Below, piece by piece: positions 22,701 to 34,444 of a stretch of 64,000 nucleotides of DNA. Origin of the DNA: Tubulanus polymorphus (lineage: Eukaryota; Animalia; Nemertea); assembly GCF_964204645.1 (NCBI RefSeq), contig NC_134027.1:20670560-20734559 (forward strand), written 5' to 3'. The number at the start of each line of letters is the position of its first letter. The first letter of the stretch is position 1. The notes under the pieces were generated by a model. The model was not told the origin of the DNA. It saw nothing but the letters and a program-made list of their open reading frames with translations, and ran no database searches. A program made the position numbers and the translations under genes.

Positions 22701-25700
22701 TTCATTACTATCGAGTTATATAAACACTTTATATAATCTTGAAATTCTATATGTTTATCAACCACAACAATGAGTTGCATAATTAAAATCAATTTCATCT
22801 TCTTTAGTCATAATTATTTTTTTTAATTTTTATTTAATAATTGTGCAAAATCACTCTCTAATTCAATTATTTTATTACAAAATTCATTTACTACATCTTC
22901 ACCTCTAAAAGAAATATAGTGCCTTTCATATAATTCAGGATAATTTGATTTTATATAAATTCCATAAGCAGCATCTCTTCGAGGAACTTTTTAAATTGTA
23001 TTTATGATTGGTGGGACTTGAATTGTATCTTCATTTAATTCATTTCCTTAATTCATTTAATTAATTCATTTGTCCATTGATTTTAAAAATTGCTTTTTGT
23101 TATATATTTCTTTTCTATCTTGATCAGTTAATTCTTTGTTCAACGATTCAAAATCCCCATAAATTACAAGTGGCGCTATATTTTTAAATTTATGATTAGT
23201 AAATTTCAATTTATAATCTTTTTCTGTTGGCATTATTGATTTGCAAAAGTCTATTATCACATAATTCTTTATGTTTTAGTTATGCATTTTCAGTTCTAAA
23301 TTTAGATAAACATTTTCTACATAGATAAATTTTATTATGGTGATCACTTTCTGTTCTAAAGAATAAATCTATTTGTTTTAACCACATGAAATGTTCATTT
23401 TCATCTTTTTTTATAGTATAATAAATCCATAACATTTTCATCATCATAATATTATGTTAAATATAAAGCTTCTAATGTACAATCTTTAATATTTTCACCT
23501 GTTGTCTCTGGTTATTGCATTAATTCGAATATATTTATTCTTAAATTATTAACTTTTTCTATTTTAGGTATCATCTTTATAGTTACTGGATATTGATCAA
23601 TTTTATATAATGTTTCATATTTCCGATAATCTGTTATTCTAAAACTATGCGTAATATCTTCTGTTGGGTGTAAACAACTAATAATTGACCATAGAAAACA
23701 TTTATTATCTTCATTTTGAACATTTATCACTGCTTTTGTTGTAAATGGTAATTCAATATAAGATGATGCTTTAATATCCTTTTCTGTTGTAAAGTTTGAA
23801 TCATTTTTAAATATTTTATTACTTTTTGATGCTTTATTCCTTTTTGTATTATAAATATTTATATCTAAAAATATAATTTCATTCAATGTTAAACCAGAAC
23901 CCTCAAAATATCTTTCTTCAATATGACGTTTAAATTCATTAAATATTTTTTCTAACTTTTCTTTTATTTGTGTTTTTGAAATTATTTCTTCAGAATGTGT
24001 TTGAATATTATACTCCATTTTTACTTCTGATTTTATAAAACTTTTCCAGAAATACTAATTTTTGGATATTCTACATCTGTTACAAGGTCCATTATTTTTT
24101 CCATTATTTTAATATATTTGCTATTGTTAGGAATAATTCCTGAAATTCTGCTTTATTGTATTCTGTATACTGTATTTGATATATTTCTATGGTTGTTATT
24201 TCATGGTTTCTGGTCATGGTAATTCTATAGCCTTAGAATTTGTATAGTTCAATAGATATATCAGATATTGAGATTTTTGGTCACTTGTTATATGGATTTA
24301 GACCTGTAAGGTTGTGTTGCTGTATTTGAGTAAAGGGTGAAGATTTAAATTGAAGGTTTAGACAGCCAAATATTACGGTAAATTGCTAATATAAAGATAT
24401 TCTCTTATGTCAATAATTATACAAATTTATTTATGGTAATTTTCTATTTGTTTGTAGTTAATCGTGCATCCGTGTTTGTGACGTCTGAAAATAAATGTCC
24501 TAATGATTTTTTGCCACGGAACATGAATCTTACGTATCGGTTGATCTTCACATTTTATTAACGTAATAATGGCTACAGCAGCAACTGGCCAACAAGATGT
24601 TAGGCCAAAAGAAACAAGAAATAGGTCGCTGACCGAAAAAGGTGTCGAATACCAGAAGGAGAATAAACTGAAAGATAGAAAAAGTCTCCTGAAGAAGCTG
24701 AACAACTTGTCTAGTACTCTTCTGTCAGTTATTGAGCACAGTGACTATGATGTTGTCCAGAATTCATACAAAGACTGGATCAAGACGTACGAGAATTTCT
24801 TGCAAGTTTCAGATGAGTACTGTCTTCTACTCAGTTCTAAAGAAAAAGAGAATTTGTCGGTCGAAAGTAACGAGATGAATACATACTTCAACCAAGTCAA
24901 AATGGCGGCTGAAAATACTTTGTCGGTACTCGCAAGATCGAAACGGTCTGCTGAATCCAGGAAGTCTGTTAGATCAAAAGCTAGTTCAGTACGCTCTGAT
25001 TTGAGTAAGGGTAGCTCCATAATATCTGCTCGTTTGAAAGAAGAACAGAGAAAAGCAGAGCTTAATGTCTTGCTGAATAGTATGAAGAAAAAACAGACTC
25101 TTGAGCTTGAGAAATTGCGGCTGAAACAACAAGAAGAGTTTTTAGATTTGAATACGCAGCTGGAAGTTAGTGAAGCGAAGAGTAACGTGATTGAAACACT
25201 TTTAGATAGGGAATCGAATAAGTCAATGATTGATGATAAATCGTTAATTCCTGAACCATTTCCTACATTTCTGAAAAATGAAATAGCTGAAAATGATGGT
25301 TCTTACAGACCTTTGAATCCACGTGCTACTACGTTCATGCCATCTGATGTCGGAAGCGTTGTTAATGCGGAACCAAGAGGTCTAGATTCGATTGTGAAGC
25401 ATATCAAAAAGCCGTTTGTTGAAATAAAAAAATTTGACGGAAATCCTCTTGAATACCGGCGTTTCATCCGTCAGTTCAATTCTAGAATTGCTGAGAATAC
25501 GGACGACGACGATGAACGGCTAAACTTTCTCGAACAATTCACAATTGGTGAGGCAAATAGAATTGTAACAGGTCTTAGCTATATTGGTTCAACACGAGGA
25601 TATCAAGCTGTTCTTACAGAGTTTGAAGAACGATACGGTGACTCGGCGATCATTGCAAATGCTTTGTTAAAGAAAGCTATAAACTGGCCTATGATTAAGT

Positions 25701-28700
25701 CAGACAACAGTAAAGGCTTGGACGAATTCTCGATTTTCTTGTTAGAAGTAGAGAATGCTGTGAAAGATATAGATGCATTGAAACTTCTTGAGTACCCTGA
25801 CAATCTGAGGAAGTTGGTGGGTAAATTACCATGGTCGCTTCAAGATAGATGGAGAACTATAGTACAGACAACGCGCTCTGCTGGTAATACTATAAATCTG
25901 AATACCTTAGTGAGTTTTGTACGGAAGGAGTCAAAAAAGGTGAACGACCCGATTTTTGGTAAAGATATGATGGCTGCTGCGTTAGATCAGAAGAAAGACA
26001 AAAAGTCTCTGCGAATATCACAGGGTAGCCGAAATACTGTTGCTGCACAGACGGGGAGCATTTCTCATACGAATCAACAAAACTCATTTAATCTTGCATT
26101 GAAGAAACCATGTATATACTGCGCTGGCGATCATGTATTAAATGATTGTAAAGACCTGTCTAATGTGGTCTTTGAAGAAAAAATATCTTTTCTTAAAGAA
26201 AAGGCCTCTGTTGGGGTTGTCTCCGATCTGGACATCAGAAGAGAAATTGTAGATTGAAGATGAACTGTGATATATGTAAACGGTTGCATCCAAGTGTACT
26301 GCATGATGATTCTAGGTCACTTCCTGAAAACCCAGCAATTATGACACGAAGAGATCAGAATCAGAACACGATATCAGATGTAAAAGATGGAATTCCCTGT
26401 GGCGCCATAAATGATGGTGAAAAGAAGACAGATGGATTCTGTACTATGGCTATACTTCCAGTTAGAGTGAAAGTGAAGGGAAGAATTCCAGAAGTGATAA
26501 CTTTCGCCTTCCTAGATCCTGGAAGTAGTATTTCTTTTTGTACTTCGTCGTTGTTGAAGCAGATCGGCGGTATTGGCAAGAAAGTGAGATTGAATCTCGA
26601 CACTATGGCGAGGTCTACAATGCTTGATACTCAGATTGTTCATTGTTTAGAAGTCAGAGGTTTGGAAACTGAAGACGTAGTTTTCATGCCTGCTGTTTAT
26701 ACTACAGAGCAGATGCCAGTTTCACCACTGCATGTGCCAACAGAAGATGACATCCGTAAATGGTCGCACATGAGTGATGTTAAATTGCCTAAGATAGATG
26801 CAGAAATTGGTCTGTTGATTGGCAATAATATTGCGGATGCATACACACCGTTCGAGTTACGGACAGGCCCTGCTGGATCACCACATGCTTCCAGAACTAG
26901 ACTAGGATGGGTCGCCTGGAATGTTATTAGATCTGGTGATGAAGACGATGATATAGTTACCGACACTGTTGACAAAATCAGCTGTGCTGTGAGTTCTCTT
27001 GATCAATTGGTTCAGGAAGCTATAGATTTTGACTTTCCTGAGCGAATTGCTGAAGATAAAAAACAATGGTCAGTTGAAGATCATAAATTTATGACGATGA
27101 TGGAGTCCAATGTAAAAATAGAGAATGGACAGTACCAATTACCAATGCCATGGCGTGACAAGAATTTGAGGTTTCCCAATAATATTCGGCATGCTGAGAA
27201 ACGACTGTCAAATCTGAAAAATAAGCTGTTGAAAAATGACAAGTTTCGACATGACTATAATGTCTTTATGGACAATATATTGGCTAAAGGCTACGCGGAA
27301 CAGGTTCCTAATGAAGATTTGCGTTTGGAAAATGGTCGTATATGGTATATACCTCATCACGGGGTATATCACCCCAAAAAACCTGAAAAAGTCCGTGTCG
27401 TTTTCGATTGTCCTGCACTTTATGGTGGAGTGTCTTTGAATTCTCAATTGTTACAAGGGCCAGATTTGACTAACACTTTGGTTGGTGTGTTGATACGTTT
27501 CAGACAAGAAAGAACCGCAATAATGGCAGATATAGAATCTATGTTTTATAGAGTAAGGGTTGCACCGGATGATAAAGACTGCTTGAGATTCTTATGGTGG
27601 CCGGATGGTGATTTGAACAAGAAAGCCATACCATTCCGTATGTTAGTTCACTTATTTGGGGCAATCTCATCCCCGAGTTGTTCTAACTGGGCTTTACGCC
27701 GGACAGCCACTGACAACGTTAGCAAGTATGAAGTAGAAGTTACCAATACAGTCTTGAAAAACTTCTATGTTGATGACTGTTTGAAGTCTCGTGTACAAGA
27801 TGGTCAAAATCCAGAATTTGTGATGAAACTGATATCTCTGTGTAAAGAAGGGGGCTTTCGACTCACCAAGTTTGTAAGTAATGATCGTTCTGTAATTGAA
27901 AGTTTGCCAGAAGAAGAGCTTGCTAAATCTTGCAAGGAGTTGAAGAGTCTGGATTTTGGTTCGCCAACAGAAAGAGCATTGGGCGTCCACTGGAATATAG
28001 AGAACGACACTTATGGCTTCAGGATAACTTCTAAGCATCAACCAAATACACGCAGAGGGATTTTGTCAACGGTCAGCACAGTCTATGATCCTTTGGGTAT
28101 TGCTGCCCCATATGTACTGCCGGTGAAAATTCTGCTACAGGACTTATGTAGAGAGAAGCTTTCATGGGATGAAGAAATTCCTGAAAAATATCTAAAAGTT
28201 TGGGAGAAATGGCAGGAAGGTTTACCTGGCCTTGAAGAGTTGGCTATATCACGATGCTTCAAACCTCAATGGTTTCATGGTTCTTCGAAATCTTGTCAGC
28301 TGCATCATTTTTCGGACGCAAGTGATGTTGGGTACGGCACTGTATCATATTTGCGCCTTGAAGATGAAAATGGTCAAGTACATTGTTGTTTTATATTTGC
28401 TAAAAGCAGAGTAGCTCCTTTGAAGAAAATGACAGTTCCTAGGATGGAATTAGCTGCAGCTGCATTACTGATTAAGATGAATAAGATGATGTTGGAAGAA
28501 TTGGAGTACAGTGTTTCAAATGTATATTTTTGGAGCGACAGCACTGCAGTACTGAAATATATTGCTAATGAGACTGCTCGTTATCACACTTTCGTAGCGA
28601 ATAGAGTGAATTTAATTAGAGATGGTTCAAGTATTCAGCAGTGGAAGTTTGTAGATGGTCATCTGAACCCAGCAGATTATGCGTCTAGGGGTTTGTCACT

Positions 28701-31700
28701 GGATTGTATAGAACAAAACTCAGTAGTATGGTTACACGGCCCGGAGTTCCTTTGGAAGCCAATATCTGAGTGGCCATGTCAACACGGTGTTTTACGGTCC
28801 CTGAGTGATGATGATGTTGAGTTGAAGAAGACTTCTAATGCTGTACTTTCGGTTTCTGATGATGATCCTATAAAACATCTATTTAACTACTACTCAAGCT
28901 GGCATAGACTCAAACGTGCCGTTGCATGGTTTTTAAGGTTGAAAGATTGTTTGCTGTTGAGAGTAAGTAAACGTCTTTCTGGTGAAAACGCTAATGCTGA
29001 ACGATTGAATACCAATAAGCTGAGTACTGATGATCTTCAAAGAGCCGAGCTGGCAATTATTAAATGCGTACAGGAAGATTATTTCAGGAAAGAATTAGTG
29101 ATTCTCCGTTCAAATGATAGAAAGTTGATTCCCAGAGGTAGTCAATTGTATCAACTAGATCCTGTTTTAGAAGACGATATAATCCGTGTTGGTGGTCGGC
29201 TGAGAAAAGCATATTTTCTTGAATATGATCAACGACATCCGGTTGTATTGCCTAGATGTTCTCATGTGTCGAAATTGATATTGTTGAGTGTTCATGCATC
29301 GGTCGGGCATCTTGGTAAAAGCTCAATGTTAGCCCGATTGCGCGAGCGTTACTGGATTTTAAGGGCTAATCAACTGGTTAAGGATATAACGAGGAAATGT
29401 GTTTTATGTAAAAAGTACCGTGGTCAAGTTTGTAATCAGAAGATGGCAGATCTTCCTCAAGAGCGATTGTTGCCTGACAATCCGCCATTTACTAATACGG
29501 GAACAGATTACTTTGGCCCGTTTGAGGTAAAACGGGGTCGTTGTATTGAGAAGCGTTATGGTGTTATCTTCACCTGCCTGGTAACTAGGGCTGTTCATTT
29601 GGAGGTCTCGCCTACTCTGGACACATCTGGTTGTATTAACGCTTATCGCAGATTTATCGCACGACGTGGAAATGTACGTCTAATTCGATCTGATAATGGA
29701 ACCAATTTTGTTGGAACCAATCGAGAGCTACAGAGGAATATTGATTGTTGGAATAAGGACCAAATCCATGATTTCTTATTGCAGAACAATGTCAAGTGGA
29801 TTTTTAATCCTCCAGGTGCGAGTCACTTTGGAGGTGTATGGGAACGCCTCATTCGTTCCGTCCGTAAAATCTTGTTTTCATTGATGAAAGAACAAGGTTC
29901 AAATCTAAATGATGATAATTTATCCACATTGTTCTGTGAGGTCGAGTCGATTTTGAATAGTCGACCTATATCTACGTTATCAAATGATCCAAATGATCTA
30001 CAACCTTTAACCCCGAATCACCTATTACTGTTACACAAAGGATCTACTTTTCCTCCCGGACTATTTGACAAATCCGATTTATATACTCGACGTCGTTGGA
30101 GGCAAGTTCAGCATATTGCGAATGTTTTCTGGAAGCGGTGGACATCTGAGTATTTGCATCTCCTGCAGATTCGCAGTTAATGGAATACTGCGAAACGAAA
30201 CGTATGTGTTGGAGATATTGTCTTCATCGTCGATGGATCCATCCGTAACTCGTGGACTCTATCGCGTATTTCAGAAGTCCATCATGATCGAAAAGGTTTT
30301 GTTCGTTCGGCTTCAGTAAGAACGGCAAAGGGTACTATTTTTCAGCGTCCTATTGATAAGCTGTGCGTTCTCGTCGAAAATGAAATTAAACTTTAGATTC
30401 ATCGTGCTTAACAGTCAAGAATAGGGTTTTGTTTTTGGACATTATCGTTATTATGTTAATTGAGTTTCTCAATTAGGGGGCGGGTATGTTAGGAATAATT
30501 CCTGAAATTCTGCTTTATTGTATTCTGTATACTGTATTTGATATATTTCTATGGTTGTTATTTCATGGTTTCTGGTCATGGTAATTCTATAGCCTTAGAA
30601 TTTGTTTAGTTCAATAGATATATCAGATATTGAGATTTTTGGTCACTTGTTATATGGATTTAGACCTGTAAGGTTGTGTTGCTGTATTTGAGTAAAGGGT
30701 GAAGATTTAAATTGAAGGTTTAGACAGCCAAATATTACGGTAAATTGCTAATATAAAGATATTCTCTTATGTCAATAATTATACAAATTTATTTATGGTA
30801 ATTTTCTATTTGTTTGTAGTTAATCGTGCATCCGTGTTTGTGACGTCTGAAAATAAATGTCCTAATGATTTTTTGCCACGGAACATGAATCTTACGTATC
30901 GGTTGATCTTCACAGCTATAATCTTCTATAGTTGTACCTTCAGAAAATCTAAATATAATAGCTGCAGGACCAATTTTACTACCTAATGTTTCTAAAATTT
31001 CAATTGTATCTTTTATTTCTAGTGAATTGATATAATTTCCAAGATTTTCCATATAAGGTTTATTTGAAATAGATTTAGTTTTTGAAGCTGGTTTCTTTAC
31101 TTGTTGAGGTTTATCATCAAAATATTGTGTTCCTAAAATATTTTTATTTAGATTTTGTTGGTGTTTTTGTGATTCGAGATGTCTTTTATAATTCCTTTTT
31201 ACTATAAATTCATTACAAACTTCACATTTTATTTTGTCTTTTTTTCATATAATTTAATCGTTCTTTTCTTTCATTGGAATTTTCTGGAGTTTCAAAATCT
31301 ATAACATTTTTTTTATGATTTGCAGATTTTTCATGATGAGATTTATTAGATTTATCGATGTATTTTTTACAATACGGACAATAATATTGATTTTTATTCA
31401 CATAAATATTTTCTGTCTGGTGTTCACTGTCTCCCATTTATCAGGGGGAAAAAAATTACTTGTGGTGATGAGTGATGTGTCGTACTCTCGTACTCTGGTA
31501 TGAAACCGTCAACAACAATCGACCCAATTTTTTCATGATAATGGGTCCTGTTGGGGATACCTATGAAACATCAAGAATATTTATCAAAGCTTTTCAAAGT
31601 TTTTCGTAACTTCAAAAATGTTTGTAGACTGATTTTAGCGAACCACAGGCTGCTAGTCGGCCACCTCGCATCGCTTCGGGCCAATATTTTGTCAGCAAAT

Positions 31701-32651
31701 GTGTCTAGGGTAAATACATGCATATAAACGGCGTCTTCGAAAATTCCAAAGCTTAACTGGATTCCGTCTACGGACGAACGATAAGTGAACGCACGGGACC
31801 GAAGTCACGACTAGGCTAAAAACAATCATACAATTTTGATTTTGAAACATTGAATCGTTGAATAGACCATTACGTTGTATTGTTTGGACGTGCTACTTGA
31901 TTGAAGTTTTTCATCCGTCGCATGAAAGGTGAATGCTTGAATTACATCAGCTCCAGCTCGAGCAAATTCTTTGTGTAAACCGCTTACTGAAAATCAGGAA
32001 ATCATTATTTTTCTTTACTTAACTTTTTCGTTTGATCTCGGATATAACGCTCAAGTTATTTCCAAAGCATACATTCAGGCACGAATGTTTAGTAAGTGTC
32101 GGATAGTGGCCCGCCCCAAGATAACATTTTCATAACCTGGCTGAAGAAAGTTGCACATCAGTGGCAAATTATTGCCGGTAACTTTGTTCAAGAATCACTA
32201 AGTGCTGAGAAAATGATCCATTTCTAAAAACTTTCTTTGGGCCCCATAAACAACCCTTAAGGACTTTGCGTCTACAACGCTCGTATTCATGTACCAATGT
32301 AGGTCTCCGATTTTTGGGCCCCGCTATTAAAAATTCCTGGATCCGCCCTGCTAGTTAGTTAGTATTCAAAATCCATGCCCACTAAACTATAGATCTTGCG
32401 GATAGGCCCTTGAAACGATGGGTAGGCGGACTAACTTTCATGTCATTTTATAGTAAGTGTTAGCCCCCTGTGAGTAGAATATGACAAAACATGTATGAAA
32501 ACCTACCAGCATCGGGATGTTCTAGAACGCATTCGGGAGAATGAATTCCAGCAGTCACATATCCCCTTTTTTCAAGTGTATTTACATAACTACCGTCGCC
32601 AATGATTATACGCTTTTTTAATATCTCCAGAATATTCTGTTTAGTGCCCAT
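19760..32651 (-). CDS. BHMT: Betaine-homocysteine S-methyltransferase-like protein (~369 aa); exons 32651-32507, 31986-31874, 21074-20883, 20811-20664, 20541-20353, 20274-20144, 20042-19945, 19853-19760
   Basis: Motifs [42 protein letters not shown], Zn ligands GLNC and [34 protein letters not shown], and [16 protein letters not shown] introns keep the frame open. Confidence 0.9.
24125..24552 (+). repeat. 5' LTR
   Basis: TGTTAGGAAT...GATCTTCACA. Confidence 0.97.
24569..30396 (+). CDS. BEL/Pao gag-pol polyprotein (Gag, three Cys-His knuckles, protease, RT, RNase H, integrase) with a frameshift at about 26200 and an in-frame TAA at 30178-30180
   Basis: Gag FDGNPLEY; knuckles CIYC..H..C, (KG)LCWGCL..GH..C and [13 protein letters not shown]; protease FLDPGS; RT YIPHHGV, ADIESMF, NFYVDD; RNase H FSDAS, PRMEL, WSDS; integrase DYFGP, SDNGTNF, GGVWER. 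The C-terminal [14 protein letters not shown]...RPIDKLC continues past the TAA. Confidence 0.95.
30487..30914 (+). repeat. 3' LTR
   Basis: Same as the 5' LTR apart from one visible substitution (tgtAtagtt vs tgtTtagtt). Confidence 0.97.
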
Positions 32652-32899
32652 ATCTAGTTTCGTGCTTGCGAATATGCCACATTTAGAATTGATAGACTAA
32701 TTCGTGTCAGCTGAATTTCATTCTACGTACGTACGTACCAGCGAGGTCAACCATGGGCCATTATAGAACTTGATGGCCTTGACATACGTTTATCGAATGT
32801 TTTCTTGTTTTTTTTCTGATCTTCGTTAATCAACGCCCCCCGTTTTTGTGACCCAAACAACGCCTCAGTGACCAATACTTACTTAAGTGGAGAGCTTGA

Positions 32900-33145
32900 G
32901 AGATTCCCCTAAGGGTTCATATTATGCTATTTGCAAAACTGATTTACTCCTGGAAAACTATCTAGTCTATGATCTTCCAAATGACCTCACAATTAACTTA
33001 ACTAAATTTTGAACTGCAAATCAAGCTCCCAAAAGTGACTGGTAGATGGAATAATACAGACCGTGCCGAAAAAACATGTCAATTGTGTAATAATGGGATT
33101 GGGGACGAATTTCACTACCTTTTCAACTGTACATATTTATATGAT
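32900..33145 (+). mobile_element. Degraded LINE C-terminal fragment
   Basis: Encodes LENYL...KTCQLCNNGIGDEFHYLFNC with stops and frameshifts. Confidence 0.65.
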
Positions 33146-34444
33146 ATTATATTTAGACAGCGATGGTTCAAAATGATGTCCAAAAACGGTAGATGTTTTC
33201 GGAGTTTAAGCTAATGCGGGATTGCAAATTTGAAATCGAAGTTTTAAGAAATTTGGGGAATTATGAGATTTTGCGATTGGGTAGGTGATACAGGTCGATC
33301 GGGCTGGACCGGGTCGGCTGCCGACTCGATCCGGAGTCGTGCGTTGAAGTAGACATTGTCATTTGAAATAGCAATAGGCTTGTTTATGTTATTCCGTATG
33401 GATAACGCATGTATTTTATTATTTTAAAATATGTAAATTTATTGAATTTGGGAATCTTATTTGTAATGTTTAACATAAGGATCAATAAAGAATTGCATTG
33501 AATTGTCACCTGAAACACATGCCAGCAGAGGACGCGGAGCCGTATACAACAGCTATGATATTAAGAATTGCTGATCTAAATTGCTAATCGGGATCGTTCT
33601 CATGAAACCGGCATACTCGGCCCTAATATCGAAAATGTTTTCTAAAACATTTGAATATTGAAATTATATGTTTACACATTTTTTATATCGACCGCTTGTA
33701 GCCGCCGATAAAATTCACGCCAGCCCTACACAGATTTTAGATAGCTTCGTCATTCCACCAGCATCCCCATGTCAGGGTCTGACTTTTATGTCAGACTTCC
33801 GTATCGTGTATACATACGCCATTTAACCGAATAATCCGATTTACTTATCATTTCTATTTATGCTTGCCGCTTCTGATATAATCATGCATCCATTACTATT
33901 ACAATACGTCATCTAATGATATCCAATGCAATATAACATTTCGACGTTCAAATAGAGCTCATTACATAATCACAGGAAGACATTCTACATCTTTGTCAAT
34001 AATATTTTGCCAAATCGCTTGTTTGTGTACACATAGACAGTAACGCAGTCTCAAATGTTTTGTGACTTTCTCAAAATGTATCAAAAATTTAAGTAATTTT
34101 TAGTTCATAAGTCTTCAAATATTCATAAATGAACAGTAAAAAATTGTTGAAACATGTCGACTCAGCCGTAAAATCAACCCATTCACAGTCCCGAATGTGG
34201 GATAATGCCGGGCTTTAGAGAGCATAATGCCCCCGAGGTCTTCACATTTACAGATAAGATTATGTAAGCGTGTCGCGCGTTACACCGGATAGGCACACAA
34301 TAGAAATATGAGCCGCACGTTCATTGATCATCACCAATTAAGAGGACCGCTATTGTGAAAATTGACTGCGGGAGGAATATTCCTCCCAAAGTCAATCGAT
34401 GGAAACTTGACCAACCCTAACCCTAACCCCTAACTAACCCAAAC

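Larger units (their letters stand above)
24125..30914 (+). mobile_element. Full-length BEL/Pao LTR retrotransposon
   Basis: 428-bp TG...CA LTRs at 24125-24552 and 30487-30914; 5-bp TSD GCTAT (24120-24124 and 30915-30919); polypurine tract AATTAGGGGGCGGGTA before the 3' LTR. Confidence 0.97.
22565..31437 (-). mobile_element. Decayed Polinton/Maverick-type pPolB gene, internally deleted and split by a BEL/Pao insertion (pieces 31437-30915 and 24124-22565)
   Basis: Very AT-rich. N-terminal C2H2-like fingers ([15 protein letters not shown]; [13 protein letters not shown]), then [22 protein letters not shown] and VIYGDFES, then a jump to the C-terminal [23 protein letters not shown]. Confidence 0.8.

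Noticed and set aside
24427-24705. Minus-strand ORFs sharing [15 protein letters not shown] (also 30789-31052)
   Set aside because: The shared part is antisense LTR; only the N-terminal half of 30789-31052 is real pPolB sequence.
26190-26260. Programmed gag-pol ribosomal frameshift
   Set aside because: The shift falls between Gag zinc knuckles, BEL/Pao elements usually have a single ORF, and there is no clear slippery heptamer; a 1-bp deletion is more likely.
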